Positions 25,601 to 37,628 are shown, counted from the first letter of the whole stretch. The stretch is 63,843 bases of DNA, filler included, from Asterionella formosa (GCA_002256025.1; 5 parts of 5 records of this genome joined end to end with filler, not necessarily neighbours in it); one strand, 5' to 3'. The notes: generated by a model not told the origin, from the sequence alone. Program-made: numbers and translations.

Positions 25601-26985
25601 TCTTCTTGCTCGTAAAGCTGTGTAGTCTGCTGCTCTAGTCCTCTGTTTCATGGTAGGCTCTAGTACTATCTCTATCCCTCCAGCTGGAGCGATCCAATCC
25701 TAGTAGGTAGTGTGTTGACCAAATGGTCAGTTTTGAAGATATGACCAAAACGAGGCAGTGTTGAGTCTGCTGCGATTATCTTGGTAACTTTGACTAGATA
25801 AGGTTTTCTATGTTTTGTAGAAAAAGATAAGAAAACTTGAGCAACAGTATTCTTGGAGAGGGTATAACATTTCAAGATGCAAGAAATTCCTCTATGTCAA
25901 TTTTCTAGTGAGTTTCATGTACACACTAAATGTCGTACTTCATATTTCTATGCAATCTTGAGTAGGGGGTTAAATATGGTCATAAATGCAACATTTATGT
26001 TTACATGGAACGTAATGCAATAGTTTATCATGTACACAATTACTACTATATACCGGTAGTAGAGTAAATGATAATCATGAGTGCCTCCCAAACCCCCAAG
26101 CTGTCGTTGTCTGATCTGAACGAAGATGGAGACATTTCTCTGGAGACAAGTGATCTAGTTTCCGTATTGCCTGTAGGGTAGTTATGCTGGCGAAATTGGC
26201 CAGTTTATATGCTACACGAAGGCCAAAGCATTGGTCAATGTGTACAACAGGGTCTCCAATAAATCAGTTCTCGACCATGCCTGGAAGCCTTCCGAAATCA
26301 AGAAAATCGTTCCTTGGGACAATACTTCTCCTTACCTGAATACTTCGAATCCGTTTTGGAGGCTGGGGTCTGTATCAAGGTCAAGATTGATCAGATTGCC
26401 GCACAGTTTGTTGCTCATGGTCCAAATCACGAATCGCTTCTCGATTATTTTCGTGATTGTCTGTATGCCACACAACTTGAGTGTACAGAAGTAAGCGATT
26501 GCGCATTAGCCGCAACGCTTGCTTCAGACGAGCAGAATAGTAGTAACAATTATTAGTAACACTACTGTGGAATTGAATACCTCTTTTTTGTAGTCATTTT
26601 ATAATATTATCGAAACATTATATTATATTGGTAGGTAATGTATTTTTCAATACATTCTACTCACCCCAATAAAGAATATCTAACTCTAGCCGCACTCAGA
26701 TAATTTAATACCTATTGTCCTGTTACTGATGTTATCATATACATATAATATTACTGGTACCAGGGTATACCGGTATGTGTGTTCCTTGTAACAACTGTTT
26801 ATGGCCACATTAAACATTTTACTATTGTTTAATGTCGCAATTGCTTAGAATGCAATTGCTTATTGATTTGTGTATACCAGTGTGGCCAGCGGTGCAGAAC
26901 CGCTGGTTATAGTGATTTTGAATTCCATGTTCCTGCTCACCCACATACAACATATTCATACAACATTTTTTACCAAAAACCGACA

Positions 26986-28031
26986 ATGGTTGTCTCAAAA
27001 AGCTTTACTGCCACCCGACTTTGGAAAGACATCTCCATTGTTGCAGTCCCACTTCGTGAAAACGCCAATTGTTTTGTTATGAAGTGGAAACTTCGATTGT
27101 TGCTAGATAAAAATAAGGAGAACTCGGACCGTAAGTTACTTCGCTTTTCCTACAAGGTCACCTCGGAACCAACGAGAATGTAGCTTTGGATGTGGATAAA
27201 CTACTTCCCATCATGTTGGAAAGAGTGAAGACAATCAGGTCGTTATCAGTGATCAAAAAAATGTTCGGAAAGGAGCAAGGTGGGATGGCATGTACTAGTC
27301 ATTACACCTCGCAAACGTGAAGCGGCTATGAAGTTCTTCAAAGATGATTCCTGGCCCTCATTCAAATGTTGCCGCATCGATGATCTCCGCTTCATTCTTG
27401 AAAAGATTGCTGAAGCCATGAAAGCTGTGTCTTCTATCATGGAAGATGAAAATGTTGTCAATGGTCATTCCCGGTTCTGTCATGCTGCCCCCATTTGCAG
27501 CAGGTAATGCAACCAATGTCAGCAAAGATATGCCACATACCTGTACATTATTGCACACTAATGACAATTTGTCAACGGTTCATCAAGAGCCACATTTTGA
27601 CTACCAGCATACAGAACTGGTAATCAATGATGTTGACATGTGCCTTCCTTGGGGATTGGATATGTCCCTTGGTTCTGGTGGGTTCTCCATAAATGTATGG
27701 GATGGAGAGTCATTCGGATGTAACTTTGACTTAGATCGAAAAGGTAAAGCAGCGCGCAGAGAATCAACATGCGATGTTACTTCGCATTCCTTTCAAATAC
27801 ATATTTTTAACGAGGGGTGATACAGTTCATGCAGGTGCTATGGACAATCACCTCAACAATGGAGCTTTGAGACTTCATATGTACTTGTTGCCTGGTTCCA
27901 CTCCTGAGAAAAAGTCAGTTGCGATCAGGAAACAAGCCGGAAATGCCATCAAGACAAAGGCATATGGAAAGAATTGTATCCCTCCATCTCTAGTTTCATT
28001 TTTGCTTGTTTCTTATGGAAAAGGATGGTAA
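26986..28031 (+). pseudogene. 2OG-Fe(II) dioxygenase-like gene (PhyH-like DSBH fold), frameshifted; copy A
   Basis: ORF pieces 27446-27820 and 27774-28031 give HQEPHFDY (HxD), LPWG, RGDTVHAG (distal His) and LRLHMYL (2OG-binding Arg). Homologous to 38590-39402. The 5' boundary is uncertain. Confidence 0.65.
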
Positions 28032-28140
28032 ATTTATATTTAATAATCATTGGTTAATAGTAAGTTGTTTAATTAGTAAATCAGTACCAGTTGCATTACA
28101 ATCGAGAGAAAGCGTTGTCAAGATATCAAGACAGGAAATA

Positions 28141-28700
28141 CCTTCTTGAGAGCATCTCCAATTCAATTGGCGTCATCAACAGCAATTGAATTGGCATTGA
28201 CGTGAATTCAATTGCCTCAAAAATAAATTCAAGTCAGTCAATCCAGTATTGATCATGAGGGGGTAATGACCTTCGCATCATCATCACCAATTGAATTGGC
28301 ATTGAGATCAAGTGTAGTGATGACAGTATCGACTTTGAAGGCCTGTGTTGATATTGACCTGGATGGGGTGGTAATGGCCTTTGCATCAGCATCACCAATT
28401 GAATTGGCATTGAGATCAAGTGTAGTCACGACAGTATCGACCTTGAAGACCTTTGTCGACGGCCTCGGCGCCAACAAGACGAATAGAATTAAAATCGAAA
28501 GCAACTGTAGTCAATTCAGCATTGACCTTGACAGCCTATACAATAGCCTGGCGCCGACAACATCAATTGATTTCTTTGGTACATCAAGTTTCGTCGCAAC
28601 GCATGCCGTTTTTACGCAGTACCGGTATTTCGATTTGAATAACAACACCGGTCTATCACGCTCTTTTTCGCACAGAGCGAATCCATCAGCCGACATGGCT
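28141..28700 (-). pseudogene. Ribonuclease-inhibitor/NLRC3-like leucine-rich repeat gene fragment
   Basis: Repeats FKVDTVVTTLDLNANSIGDADAKAI and FKVDTVITTLDLNANSIGDDDAKVI (LxLxxNxIGDxGAxAL-like), plus degenerate flanking repeats with frameshifts. Confidence 0.7.
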
Positions 28701-28986
28701 GTACTTATGTTTGAATAGCAAAAAGGATGTCCCGTTATGGGTTTCGATACCGGTATCCGCATTGAGATTTGTCGTCGTGGGTAAATTGCGTGGAAATACT
28801 ACAGAGCATTTTCTACACATGCAGCGACATAAAACAATAGCAAAACAATAGCAAGGCGTGTTACCGTTATCAATTTATTTACTAGCGATATACCGGTACC
28901 CACATTAATACGCCGCCAAGCAAGGAATGTTGGTGTTGATATAGAGGAAAAAACAATATATTAACTTAAATAAACAACGCTCCTCC

Positions 28987-30203
28987 ATGTTGAGACGAAA
29001 CTTGTTTACATCCCGACCCGGTGGTTGGAAAACCACTGGGATGGAAGATATCTCAGAAGAAAGAGAAGAAGTGGCTGACAGTCACAGTCATAGTCATAGT
29101 GGCAGTGATAGTCTGACAGTTCTGGTATCGAAAAACAGCCTCAATTTGAAGAGAGTAACGAGGATGACTTCAACAACTGTGATATCGAAGAAATCGAAGG
29201 TTTAATGGGAACTGTCACACCAGAAGAGCCTGGTATCTTGGAAAGCGAGGTTATTTTAGCACTTGATGACGGTGTTCTCGTCAATCCACCAAATGAAAAA
29301 AAAGTCGAGGTATGGGTGAATAATTATTTTTCTATGGATGTCAAGACCAGGGAGGTTGAAGGTATCCTTTGTGATTTGGGACAACCGAATTTTGGAGGTG
29401 GCGGAAGTCTCATGTGGTTAGCAAAAGATCGTCCATACTTTTTAGAGCTGATGGCATTAGAGTTACAAAGAAAAGATGCACAATTTTTTCATTCTTGTAA
29501 GTGTCCCTTTGTAATTTGGGAGTTATTCAATACCAAAACAAATTTGACCACAATTGAGATTGGTGACTTAAAACACACACACACCATAATGTTGTCAAGG
29601 ATGGCATAAGAAAACTTATTCACAAATACTATCAGTCTGTTAATTACTTCCCCGAATACAGTGAACATGAGACCACCACGTTACATTGCTGAGGCTAGGG
29701 CAAAAGGAATTCCTGTTGATGAAAAATCGAAAAAGTGCATTAAACGACAACTCACTTACTACGCAATAAACCGGTTGGGCTAACAAGGTCAAGGCAATAA
29801 CTGGGGAGGAATCATCGCTGCTGTCCTTGAATCGTACAAGAAGGAAAATCTCTTTAATTTCACGCAACATTCGATGTACCTACTTGGCATAGGCTGTTGA
29901 CGAGAAGACAACTCTTTGGTAGCTGTACTAACAACCAAGAATTTGTTGCTGAATGCGTACAGACAGCAATTCTGGGACAATCCAATTTTCGTTTCTGCTG
30001 ATTCATATTACAGACTGACACAAGAAGGAAACAGCGTTTTTCTAGTGATTACAACCAACTGGGCTCAACAAAAGAAAACTATTGCGTATAGAGTGATAAG
30101 CCATGAACACCACAAAGCGCAAAGATTCATATTTGCGTCGATTAAATCTGCCTTGGAAGAGCTCATTAGATATAGGAAAACGAATGATATTCCTATTTAT
30201 TAA
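28987..30203 (+). pseudogene. MULE-like transposase N-terminal half (WRKY/GCM1-type Zn DNA-binding domain + first catalytic Asp), copy A
   Basis: SCKCP...KHTH zinc motif, then VSADSYYRLTQEGNSVFLVITTN...IAYRVISHEHHKAQRFIF. This matches MULE strands 1-3 (DxTYxL..GxP..V...IAYA...E). Ends RKTNDIPIY* at 30203. Several frameshifts. Confidence 0.7.
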
Positions 30204-30245
30204 TGACAACTATCATAGTCACAAATAGTTCTTTTCTAAATATAG

Positions 30246-31516
30246 TCATCCTTTAATATCTAAGTTACCTCCACGTTTCGCATGTTTGATTTGTCCAGAA
30301 CCTTTATTTTTAATACAAGGCTTCCACGGTCAAATGCAAAAGCACATGCATGTTTACACCATGTGTTTGCTAAATGTGTGTGACTATGGCAAGATATGAG
30401 GCCTTCATTGCCCATGGCTTTCAAGCTATTAGCTAATCATAATGGGTCCCAATCCACATGCTCCCAAAATTCCTAAAAAGTTAGTTAGAGCAACATCATC
30501 ATTTTCAATCTTGGACACAATAGGTTCAATAAGGTGAAACCTGCGGGTGAGGGAAAGGACATCATCAAATGTGTGGTTAGCAGAATACTGTTCAGGATTT
30601 TGGAGAAGGCGCTTGCACTCATCATGCATTTTGTTCTTCTTTATCAATTGCATAACAGTTAGTGCAGTAACTGATTCTGTGTTCCCGATATAAAGATATC
30701 TCTTTCGAGATTGGGATAGTTGGCTTTGCTGTGACAATGCAGTTGCAGTATTCTGGGACTGCATTGTTTTCATAGAGGGCATAATATATAGGTCCACAAA
30801 TGACGATGTCACAATCAACAATGAACCCTCTCCGATTCTAATTGCATACACTTGAAATCAAATGTCACTGTGAGAAATGTAGCTTCTCCATTTTGGCTTT
30901 TCTCAAGAAGCTTATGAATAGACTTGTAGAAATTTATCGAGTGTACCGATGAGTGTAAAGTGGAGCAAAATGATAGATCCCCTTTGCAACAATCCTCTAA
31001 CATGTAAGACATGTTATGAATGAAGTTACCCGTTAAAGGCTTCCTGTGGTCGAAGAATGATTTATCACCACTGTTGATGCCCTCTGAATTGTTGTTGTGT
31101 GCAGGCAAACCACCACGAAGCAGATTGGAACTATTCAATTCAATTCGGGTGTGAATGGTGGGACCCCATTGTTTCAACCATGCAGTTGCAACTTCCTTTT
31201 CCTTGCATGTGTTGATCCACTCGAAAATCATCAGATCGCAAAGGATTAGAACCAGCTGTATCCCGGGACTTCTTTTATACGCCTCAAAGTCTTCACCCAT
31301 TCTCTTCTTGTTTTTGTCGTATTTCTTGAACTTTCCTCTATGCTTCTTTACCAGTGCATTCCAGGCATGATAAGAGCACATACCAAATGTAAATTCGGCA
31401 TTATAATCAGTCATTGTCTGTATGATGAATGAAGGTGAGTCCGGTTCCCAGCACCAAGGAGTGTCGCCAAGGGGAAGAGGAAAATTGTCAGTGACCAACA
31501 GATACCAATGCCACAT
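30246..31516 (-). pseudogene. MULE-like transposase C-terminal half (second Asp, CxxH, Glu, SWIM-like finger), copy A
   Basis: QTMTDY, FGMCSYHAW (CxxH), WLKQWG, HNNNSEGIN (NNxxE) and C-terminal SCHSHTHLANTWCKHACAF (SWIM-like). Ends GGNLDIKG* at 30246, tail-to-tail with the N-half. Confidence 0.72.
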
Positions 31517-31607
31517 TGTTGTACGACTATGTGATATTGCGTACCCTCAATCACCTTTAGATACCGCTACTATATCAAAGTCACTCCCTAACCCTATTCC
31601 TATCATG

Positions 31608-32090
31608 GGCATGATTCAAATTCAAATCAATCATACACGTAGTACATTTAAATACAAATATCTGTGCAACATACCGGTGTATAGGTGTCACTATGCTGGA
31701 CATGATTTGAATTCAAATTAATCGTATGCATACTGGAATGTACGTTTACATGCAAAATATGTGTGCTACATATATACCGGTAGGTATCCCGATGATGGCA
31801 TGATTAAAATTCAAATCAATCGTGTACATACGTTTTTATACAAAAATATCTGTGTAACATATTGGTACTACCAGGTACCAGGGTACCAGGTAGTACAATA
31901 GATGATACAATAGACAGTAGTATCTGGTACCTGGTACCAGTACTCACACACAAATAGAATCGAACATGCATATGCATATATGCATATCTATCATGTCTTC
32001 TAAACTATAGATTGCTACAGCAGATATGTACATATACCCATGTACGACTGTCCTACTCATGCAACACAAATGATTCAAATTCAGATTGAG
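31608..32090. repeat. Scattered ~25-bp repeats (GGCATGATTCAAATTCAAATCAATC) upstream of the MULE C-half
   Basis: Copies near 31608, 31798 and 32070, with a related variant near 31700. Confidence 0.55.
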
Positions 32091-32319
32091 CGGTTGTTGA
32101 TGTTGCAGCCAGTGATGGTATACATACAAAAAAAACTTGTATCGATATATATATATACATACATACAATATTCTACAGGAAAATAAATACTATTCATATT
32201 AGATGATAAATCGAATTTATGTGATCATATGATTGCCATTACAAGATGCATCACACGAATTAGATGTTTTCTATTTGCAGAGGCCCTAGAGGGCCTTAGA
32301 CCTGTTTGTTATCTGCCTC

Positions 32320-32427
32320 ACCCCCTGGAACCCAAGGGACTACATAAAGAAAGAAGCAAGTGGAGACTGCGGGAATCAAACCTGCCACCTCGGAAGGTAG
32401 GCTACCTGACGAACAAGTTTTTTCCCC
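32320..32427 (-). mobile_element. Putative tRNA-derived SINE, copy 2
   Basis: Minus strand GGGGAA...GCAGGTTTGATTCCCGCAGTCTCCA (T-arm/B-box-like), followed by TGTAGTCCCTTGGGTTCCAGGGGGT; homologous to 19651-19752. Confidence 0.55.
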
Positions 32428-32955
32428 AAGCTAACAATGTAAATGTTTATATAAAGCAATACATACTAGCTAAATACTAGCGGCAATAGCAAGCGCACAA
32501 GCAAGAAGAATGGCTAAAATTGTTTCTATATTACATGTTATTGAATGGAGCCAATGCAACTGTTACAATTCGCGTTCACCAAACAGGTTGCTGCAGTTTA
32601 AATAGGCCTCAACTTTGTTCATGCTCCAAAATTTGAGCAAACGAGAGCAATTATTAATTCTAGTGCTATCATTGGAAACTGTGTTTGTTTGCTTCTGTCT
32701 GCTTCCCAAACCCACCATGCTTTAATTTTGCAAATTACAAATATATATCTATACTTCTTATGATCTGTATATTCAATATTATTTGATGTACAAAGAAGGC
32801 CCTGTAGAGCATGCCAGTATATGCTCCTACACATTGAAATTTCATACATATATATAGCAGGCACATATATGTAGCTATATGGATCTTTTTGCCAGCTGAC
32901 TAAGCAATCATGCTCAACACATCAATCCCACTCAACTACCATACACATAGTACCT

Positions 32956-33180
32956 ATAGGGTTAGGGTTAAATAGATTATATCAGAACTCTATCAGGAGA
33001 GAACTTGACAAACACCTATTGAATACTTTTGTGTCAACCTAGGAGAACAAGTTACACACAAGGAGGATTAACTAATAAGCTCATATATTCAACAAATGCT
33101 ACTACTTCTAGTTAGATACTTCACATTGAATTCAAAAAGAGTCAAATCAGAATTAACAGTTTCAATGTATTTTCAAGTTT
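32956..33180 (+). repeat. Second-locus copy of the 12802-13590 dispersed repeat
   Basis: TATAGGGTTAG...GAGAACAAGTTACACACAAGG...CATATATTCAACAAAT.CTACTACTTCTAGTTAGATACTTCACA matches ~13027-13195. Confidence 0.8.
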
Positions 33181-33229
33181 TAATCCAACTGTTATTGGCC
33201 AGAGGGAGTACCAGGTACCAGGTAATACA

Positions 33230-34275
33230 CTATGGTGGCAGACGCAGAGCTCCATCCAATCGAATAACTTCTCCATTCAGCATCGGATTTTTAATAATAC
33301 TAACCACCAACTCACCATATTCATCAGGCTTTCCCAATCGCGAGGGAAGTGGAACCATTCGACCAAGGTCATCCTTGACTTTTTGGGGCAAACCGTCCAG
33401 CAAGGGAGTTTGAAACAAACCAGGTGCCTTTGGTCACCAACAATAGTGGAGAAGAATAGCAATGATGCAAGCAAAAATAAGGTTAGAAGATACACTACTA
33501 GATACTTGACAAAATTGTTCTAAAGAGGGCGCAATAACCATCTCCGTTCTTCTTGTCTGATCTGCCTGATGAGACTTACAATGGTCATGACTCTAATTCC
33601 AAACGGAGCCAGGTCCCGAGCCATAGGAAGGGTCATGGCCACAATGGCTCCCTTCGAAGCAGCATATGCAACTTGCCCAACCTGCCCTTCGTATGCTGCC
33701 ACACTCGCCGTGTTGATGATGCACCCACGTACCCCTTCTTCATCAACATCTCGCCTACACATTCGTTCAGCAGCCAGCCTCGCCACATTAAAGCTGCCAA
33801 CTGCATTGATCATCATGGTGTTCCTAAATATGTCCAAGGGGTGGGAAGTTATACTTCCTTCTCTCTTTCTGGAAAGTGTTTTTTTGGCCGAAGCTATTCC
33901 AGCGCAATTGACTAAAGCATTTACTGTTTCCGCAACGATTACAGTCAGTGTTGCGCTCGGTTACAACAACTGGCAATCAACCATCAAACACAGCTTACAT
34001 GGCTCGCCAAACTCCTTCTCAACTAGATCCAAGGCTTTACTAATCTGATCTTCATTCATGACATCCATATCTGCAAATGCTAACACTATTCCTTCGTGAA
34101 GGTTCAACTTCGCGGCATCTGCACAACAAGTCACCGCCAGTCTGTGGAAGTGTTCTTGTTGATGCGGAAGGTCTGCCACTATAACTCGCGCGCCGTGCCG
34201 AACCAGACACGCCGCAGTTGCTGCTCCGAGGCCCGAGGCACCACCGGAAACCAAGGAAACTATGTGAGACAACAT
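33230..34275 (-). CDS. HSD17B10: 3-hydroxyacyl-CoA dehydrogenase type 2 (HSD17B10/scully-like SDR); exons 34275-33999, 33923-33580, 33427-33230
   Basis: Motifs [63 protein letters not shown] and [15 protein letters not shown]. Two GT-AG introns restore the frame. Confidence 0.92.
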
Positions 34276-34616
34276 GCCGCTGCAGTAAGGCGGGAGGCAC
34301 ACAAATCGAAAATGCCACGAATGTACCCGATAAATAATTAACTCTCACCGCAACCTTTTATTGCCACATCTGTATTTTGCAGCTATTATTATGTACTCCC
34401 ACTGCTACTTAACTACCGGTACTCCCTCAGCTGGACGGGCGAAAACAATTGGGTCAATTCTTAAAATTTATCCTTTGAGCTCCTACGATTTTCTCAGCAT
34501 CAATTGCCCTACTATAGAGCGCCATCACATAAGCTACAGATCCATGTATAATACGATTGGTATACGATATATGCATGTAGTAAATGTGAAATTGGCAACT
34601 ACCGGTTCCTGATAAA

Positions 34617-36557
34617 AGGTGCTGAAAACACGTCATCATGGCTGGAAAAGAGGAATCTATCTGAAAGGAATCTTAGCCTATCTCTCCCCCACCTTGGTCG
34701 TTTTTCGATATTTCTTGTGATGTATTATACAATATATGCATTTATAACAATTCATAAATTACCTTGCCGGCATTTTACTGAGAATCAAATTCATATATTA
34801 CCTTGCCGGCGTTTTACTTAGAATCAAATTCATATATTACCTTGCCGGCATTCCATTCCACGATTTTCAGCAAATACGGTACCATGTAGTTGTCTCAAAT
34901 GCATAAAAAGTAAATGCTCAATGCTGGACCACTGCCACATTGCTTTGTTCACCATGATCATGGTTCATCCTCTCATTTCCCCCAATGAAGACACACGTGA
35001 TTCTTGTAATGAGGACGCTCAGCAACAGCACCAATGACCCTCAGTCCAGTCGGGTATGTTGATGTGTCAGATCGCTCGGGTGTGGCTTTTGATAGCAAAA
35101 TAGACGTCAAGCATTGTGGCAGTGAGAACAAGAAGATGATTGGAGATTTCATTGGTGATGAGCCTTTGCATAAGATCAGTGAACAGGTGCTTGAAGATAC
35201 CAATAATGACAACGGCGGCGATGTTGAGATTGATGGCGCTACTGTACAACTGAAAGATCCCAATGGTACAGTTGTCATGCCAACCATGACTGACTGCAAT
35301 GGTAACTTCAGGTTGAATGCTTCTCCACGCATGTACACAATTGTCAAACAGACACCTCCTGGATTCGTCAATGTTGGCAGCAGCCCAATTTCTGTAAATA
35401 CAAGAGCTGCAAATGTTTTGAACATTCGTTTCGATGACCAGCACCCCATCAGTGCTCCAAGTGTGAGTGGCTGCCTCTCCAGTTACTTTTTGCTTGGATC
35501 AATTTCCAGAAGTGTCAAGGAAGATACCGACAACAATGATAGTGAAGACACTAACTTGGTGGGTGTAACTGTTATTCTATAGGGTCCAAGTGGGAATGGC
35601 CCTATTCTATATACTACTGTTACTGACTTTAATGGCGACTTTGTGTTTGTGAATTTGCCCAATGGCAATTATTTTGTTAAGAAGATCATCATCCCAGCAT
35701 TTGCACCACTGCATCGTCCTTGTGACCCAACATGGAGCAGACCACTTCAGAAACATCTACTCCTTCCTTTTTTACTAACGTGATAGCATCATGATGTCTG
35801 TCTTGAATGAATCCATCACCCTCATTTTAAGCTGTTTATTATCCTCTGATTCCTCTGTATATCTCAATGCTGTCTTTAGTGAAGCTAAATATTTATTTCA
35901 AGCAAGTTTACCAGACTTTCCGTTGCATCTTATCTTGACATTCATATCATAACAGAAAAATTAAAGCAACTTGTTCGATTTTACAGATATCTGGTGCTAG
36001 CTAGCTAGCTAGCTACGTGTCAGGCTACATAGTACAGTAGCTACGAGGAGTCGGATTTGATATTGCGGAGACAAACCGATACATACAGGCGTTTCCACTT
36101 ATACCGGTGTTCTAGACTCTACACTATATACTGTTACCAGGTACTGGGTTATCTGTTATTACATCAAATCTGATGAAACCCAAGTCCCTGGTACCGTAGG
36201 TAAAATCTGCTGGATCGACGTGACTTGATGGATGTTAGAGATGTATCTGAAGCTAAAGGTAGTAGAGTACGATACCCAGTTTCAGGGGACCACAGTTTGA
36301 ACCACAGTTTACAAAGCGTCGGGCATGTGTATTGAGGCGGCTAGGCGCAGGTACGAAACTACTCTGTACCAAGACCAGTGTTTGAACCAGTATATACAGA
36401 ATTGTGCGTGCGTATTAGACGGGCAGGCGCAGGTCTGAACACTCATCTTCGCATTGTTTGATCAAAATTCCGTTCCCTCATGTGCTTCCACCTGGAATCT
36501 TTTTTTCTACGTGGAAAATATACTAATGACCTAGGTGATGACGTGTTTTCAGCACCT
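34617..36557. mobile_element. Putative non-autonomous TIR element (22-bp perfect inverted repeats) carrying a gene fragment
   Basis: AGGTGCTGAAAACACGTCATCA (34617-34638) is the exact reverse complement of TGATGACGTGTTTTCAGCACCT (36536-36557). Internal ~39-bp tandem repeats at 34758-34852. No clear TSD. Confidence 0.6.
35034..35700 (+). pseudogene. SdrD-B / Cna-B-like (adhesin stalk) repeat fragment
   Basis: Repeats ISEQVLEDTNNDNGGDVEIDGATVQLKDPNGTVV..TMTDCNGNF and ISRSVKEDTDNNDSEDTNLVGVTVIL*GPSG...TTVTDFNGDFVFVNLPNGNY match the SdrD_B pattern. In-frame stop at 35580. Confidence 0.7.
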
Positions 36558-36630
36558 ATTATAACGATCCTATCAAAAAGGTTTTGGGCTTTTTCGATTT
36601 TCACCTTTAGTGATCTATCTCAATAATTAA

Positions 36631-37424
36631 GGTTGCTGCATTTGAAACCCTAGGCAAAAATCTAAATATTGCTTATCGCTTTCTCAGTCTCCTTCTCCTC
36701 TGCTCTTCTTTTCATCCTAGTCATATCGTCCAGTGCTTCCATTCCCAGCTTAAAGCGTCCAGCCGCCACAAGAAGTCCTGCTGTATACCTTTTATTTTGC
36801 GCGATTGCCCATAGCGCCGATTCCTTCCATTGGCGACCAATCTGATCGAGATTGATGCAATTCCTTGAATCCTCTTTGTTCCTGAATTCAATAACTTTGT
36901 CAAGAAGGGTGCCGGTGATACCTTACTTTAGATTCAGTCCTGCTGGTATTATGGTCGAGATAGCGGCATTCAATTCTGTCTGGGTTGCTGAAACTGCTGT
37001 CAGTTGTATTTCATCATGAAGAAGTGTGGTCAGAGTATGTATATTTACGGCACCACCGGTAAATTGCGGGGAAAACTAACTAATTCCCAAATAGGAATCA
37101 TAATATTTCATTTATAAAAGTTGTCTAATAGAAATATTTTACTTTTTTATAATGGTTTTGTCATCCTGTGTCACAGTACCGGTAGACGGGTGGTTGACAA
37201 CATTTAGGATTTCCCAAAAACCGATAGCATCGTTTTTGCGTCAGTTGACCAAAACCAAAACCAATCCAATAATAAGTTTTTGGGATTTGGTTTGGGTCAA
37301 CGGTTAGCAAGCAACGGCCTTATACATATCTATTTTATACGTGAAAATTAGTACTATTTGATTAGTCTGAATCAATATTGTTTTATTAACCCTACCTCGA
37401 GCTAGGGGTTCAAATGCAGCAACC
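36631..37424. mobile_element. MITE/non-autonomous DNA transposon with 23-bp TIRs flanked by TTAA
   Basis: GGTTGCTGCATTTGAAACCCTAG (36631-36653) versus CTAGGGGTTCAAATGCAGCAACC (37402-37424). TTAA at 36627-36630 and 37425-37428. A related TIR starts again at 37431. Confidence 0.75.
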
Positions 37425-37628
37425 TTAAAAGGTTGCTGCATTTCAACCCTAGATTAGAGATAAGGTTTAAAAAATAATATTTAGTCAGAGTAGTCAAACA
37501 CACACTTCTTACGAGTAAAATATAAATGTATTTCACTAAACAGATGAGCTTTCACCCATGTACACCCTTTCCATATGCTTAGATACAGTGATTGATCAAT
37601 GTAGGGGTATAGGTCAAATCAAGGATCT

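Noticed and set aside
32957..32971. TAGGGTTAGGGTTA as a telomeric repeat
   Set aside because: Only about two units, internal, and part of the dispersed repeat.
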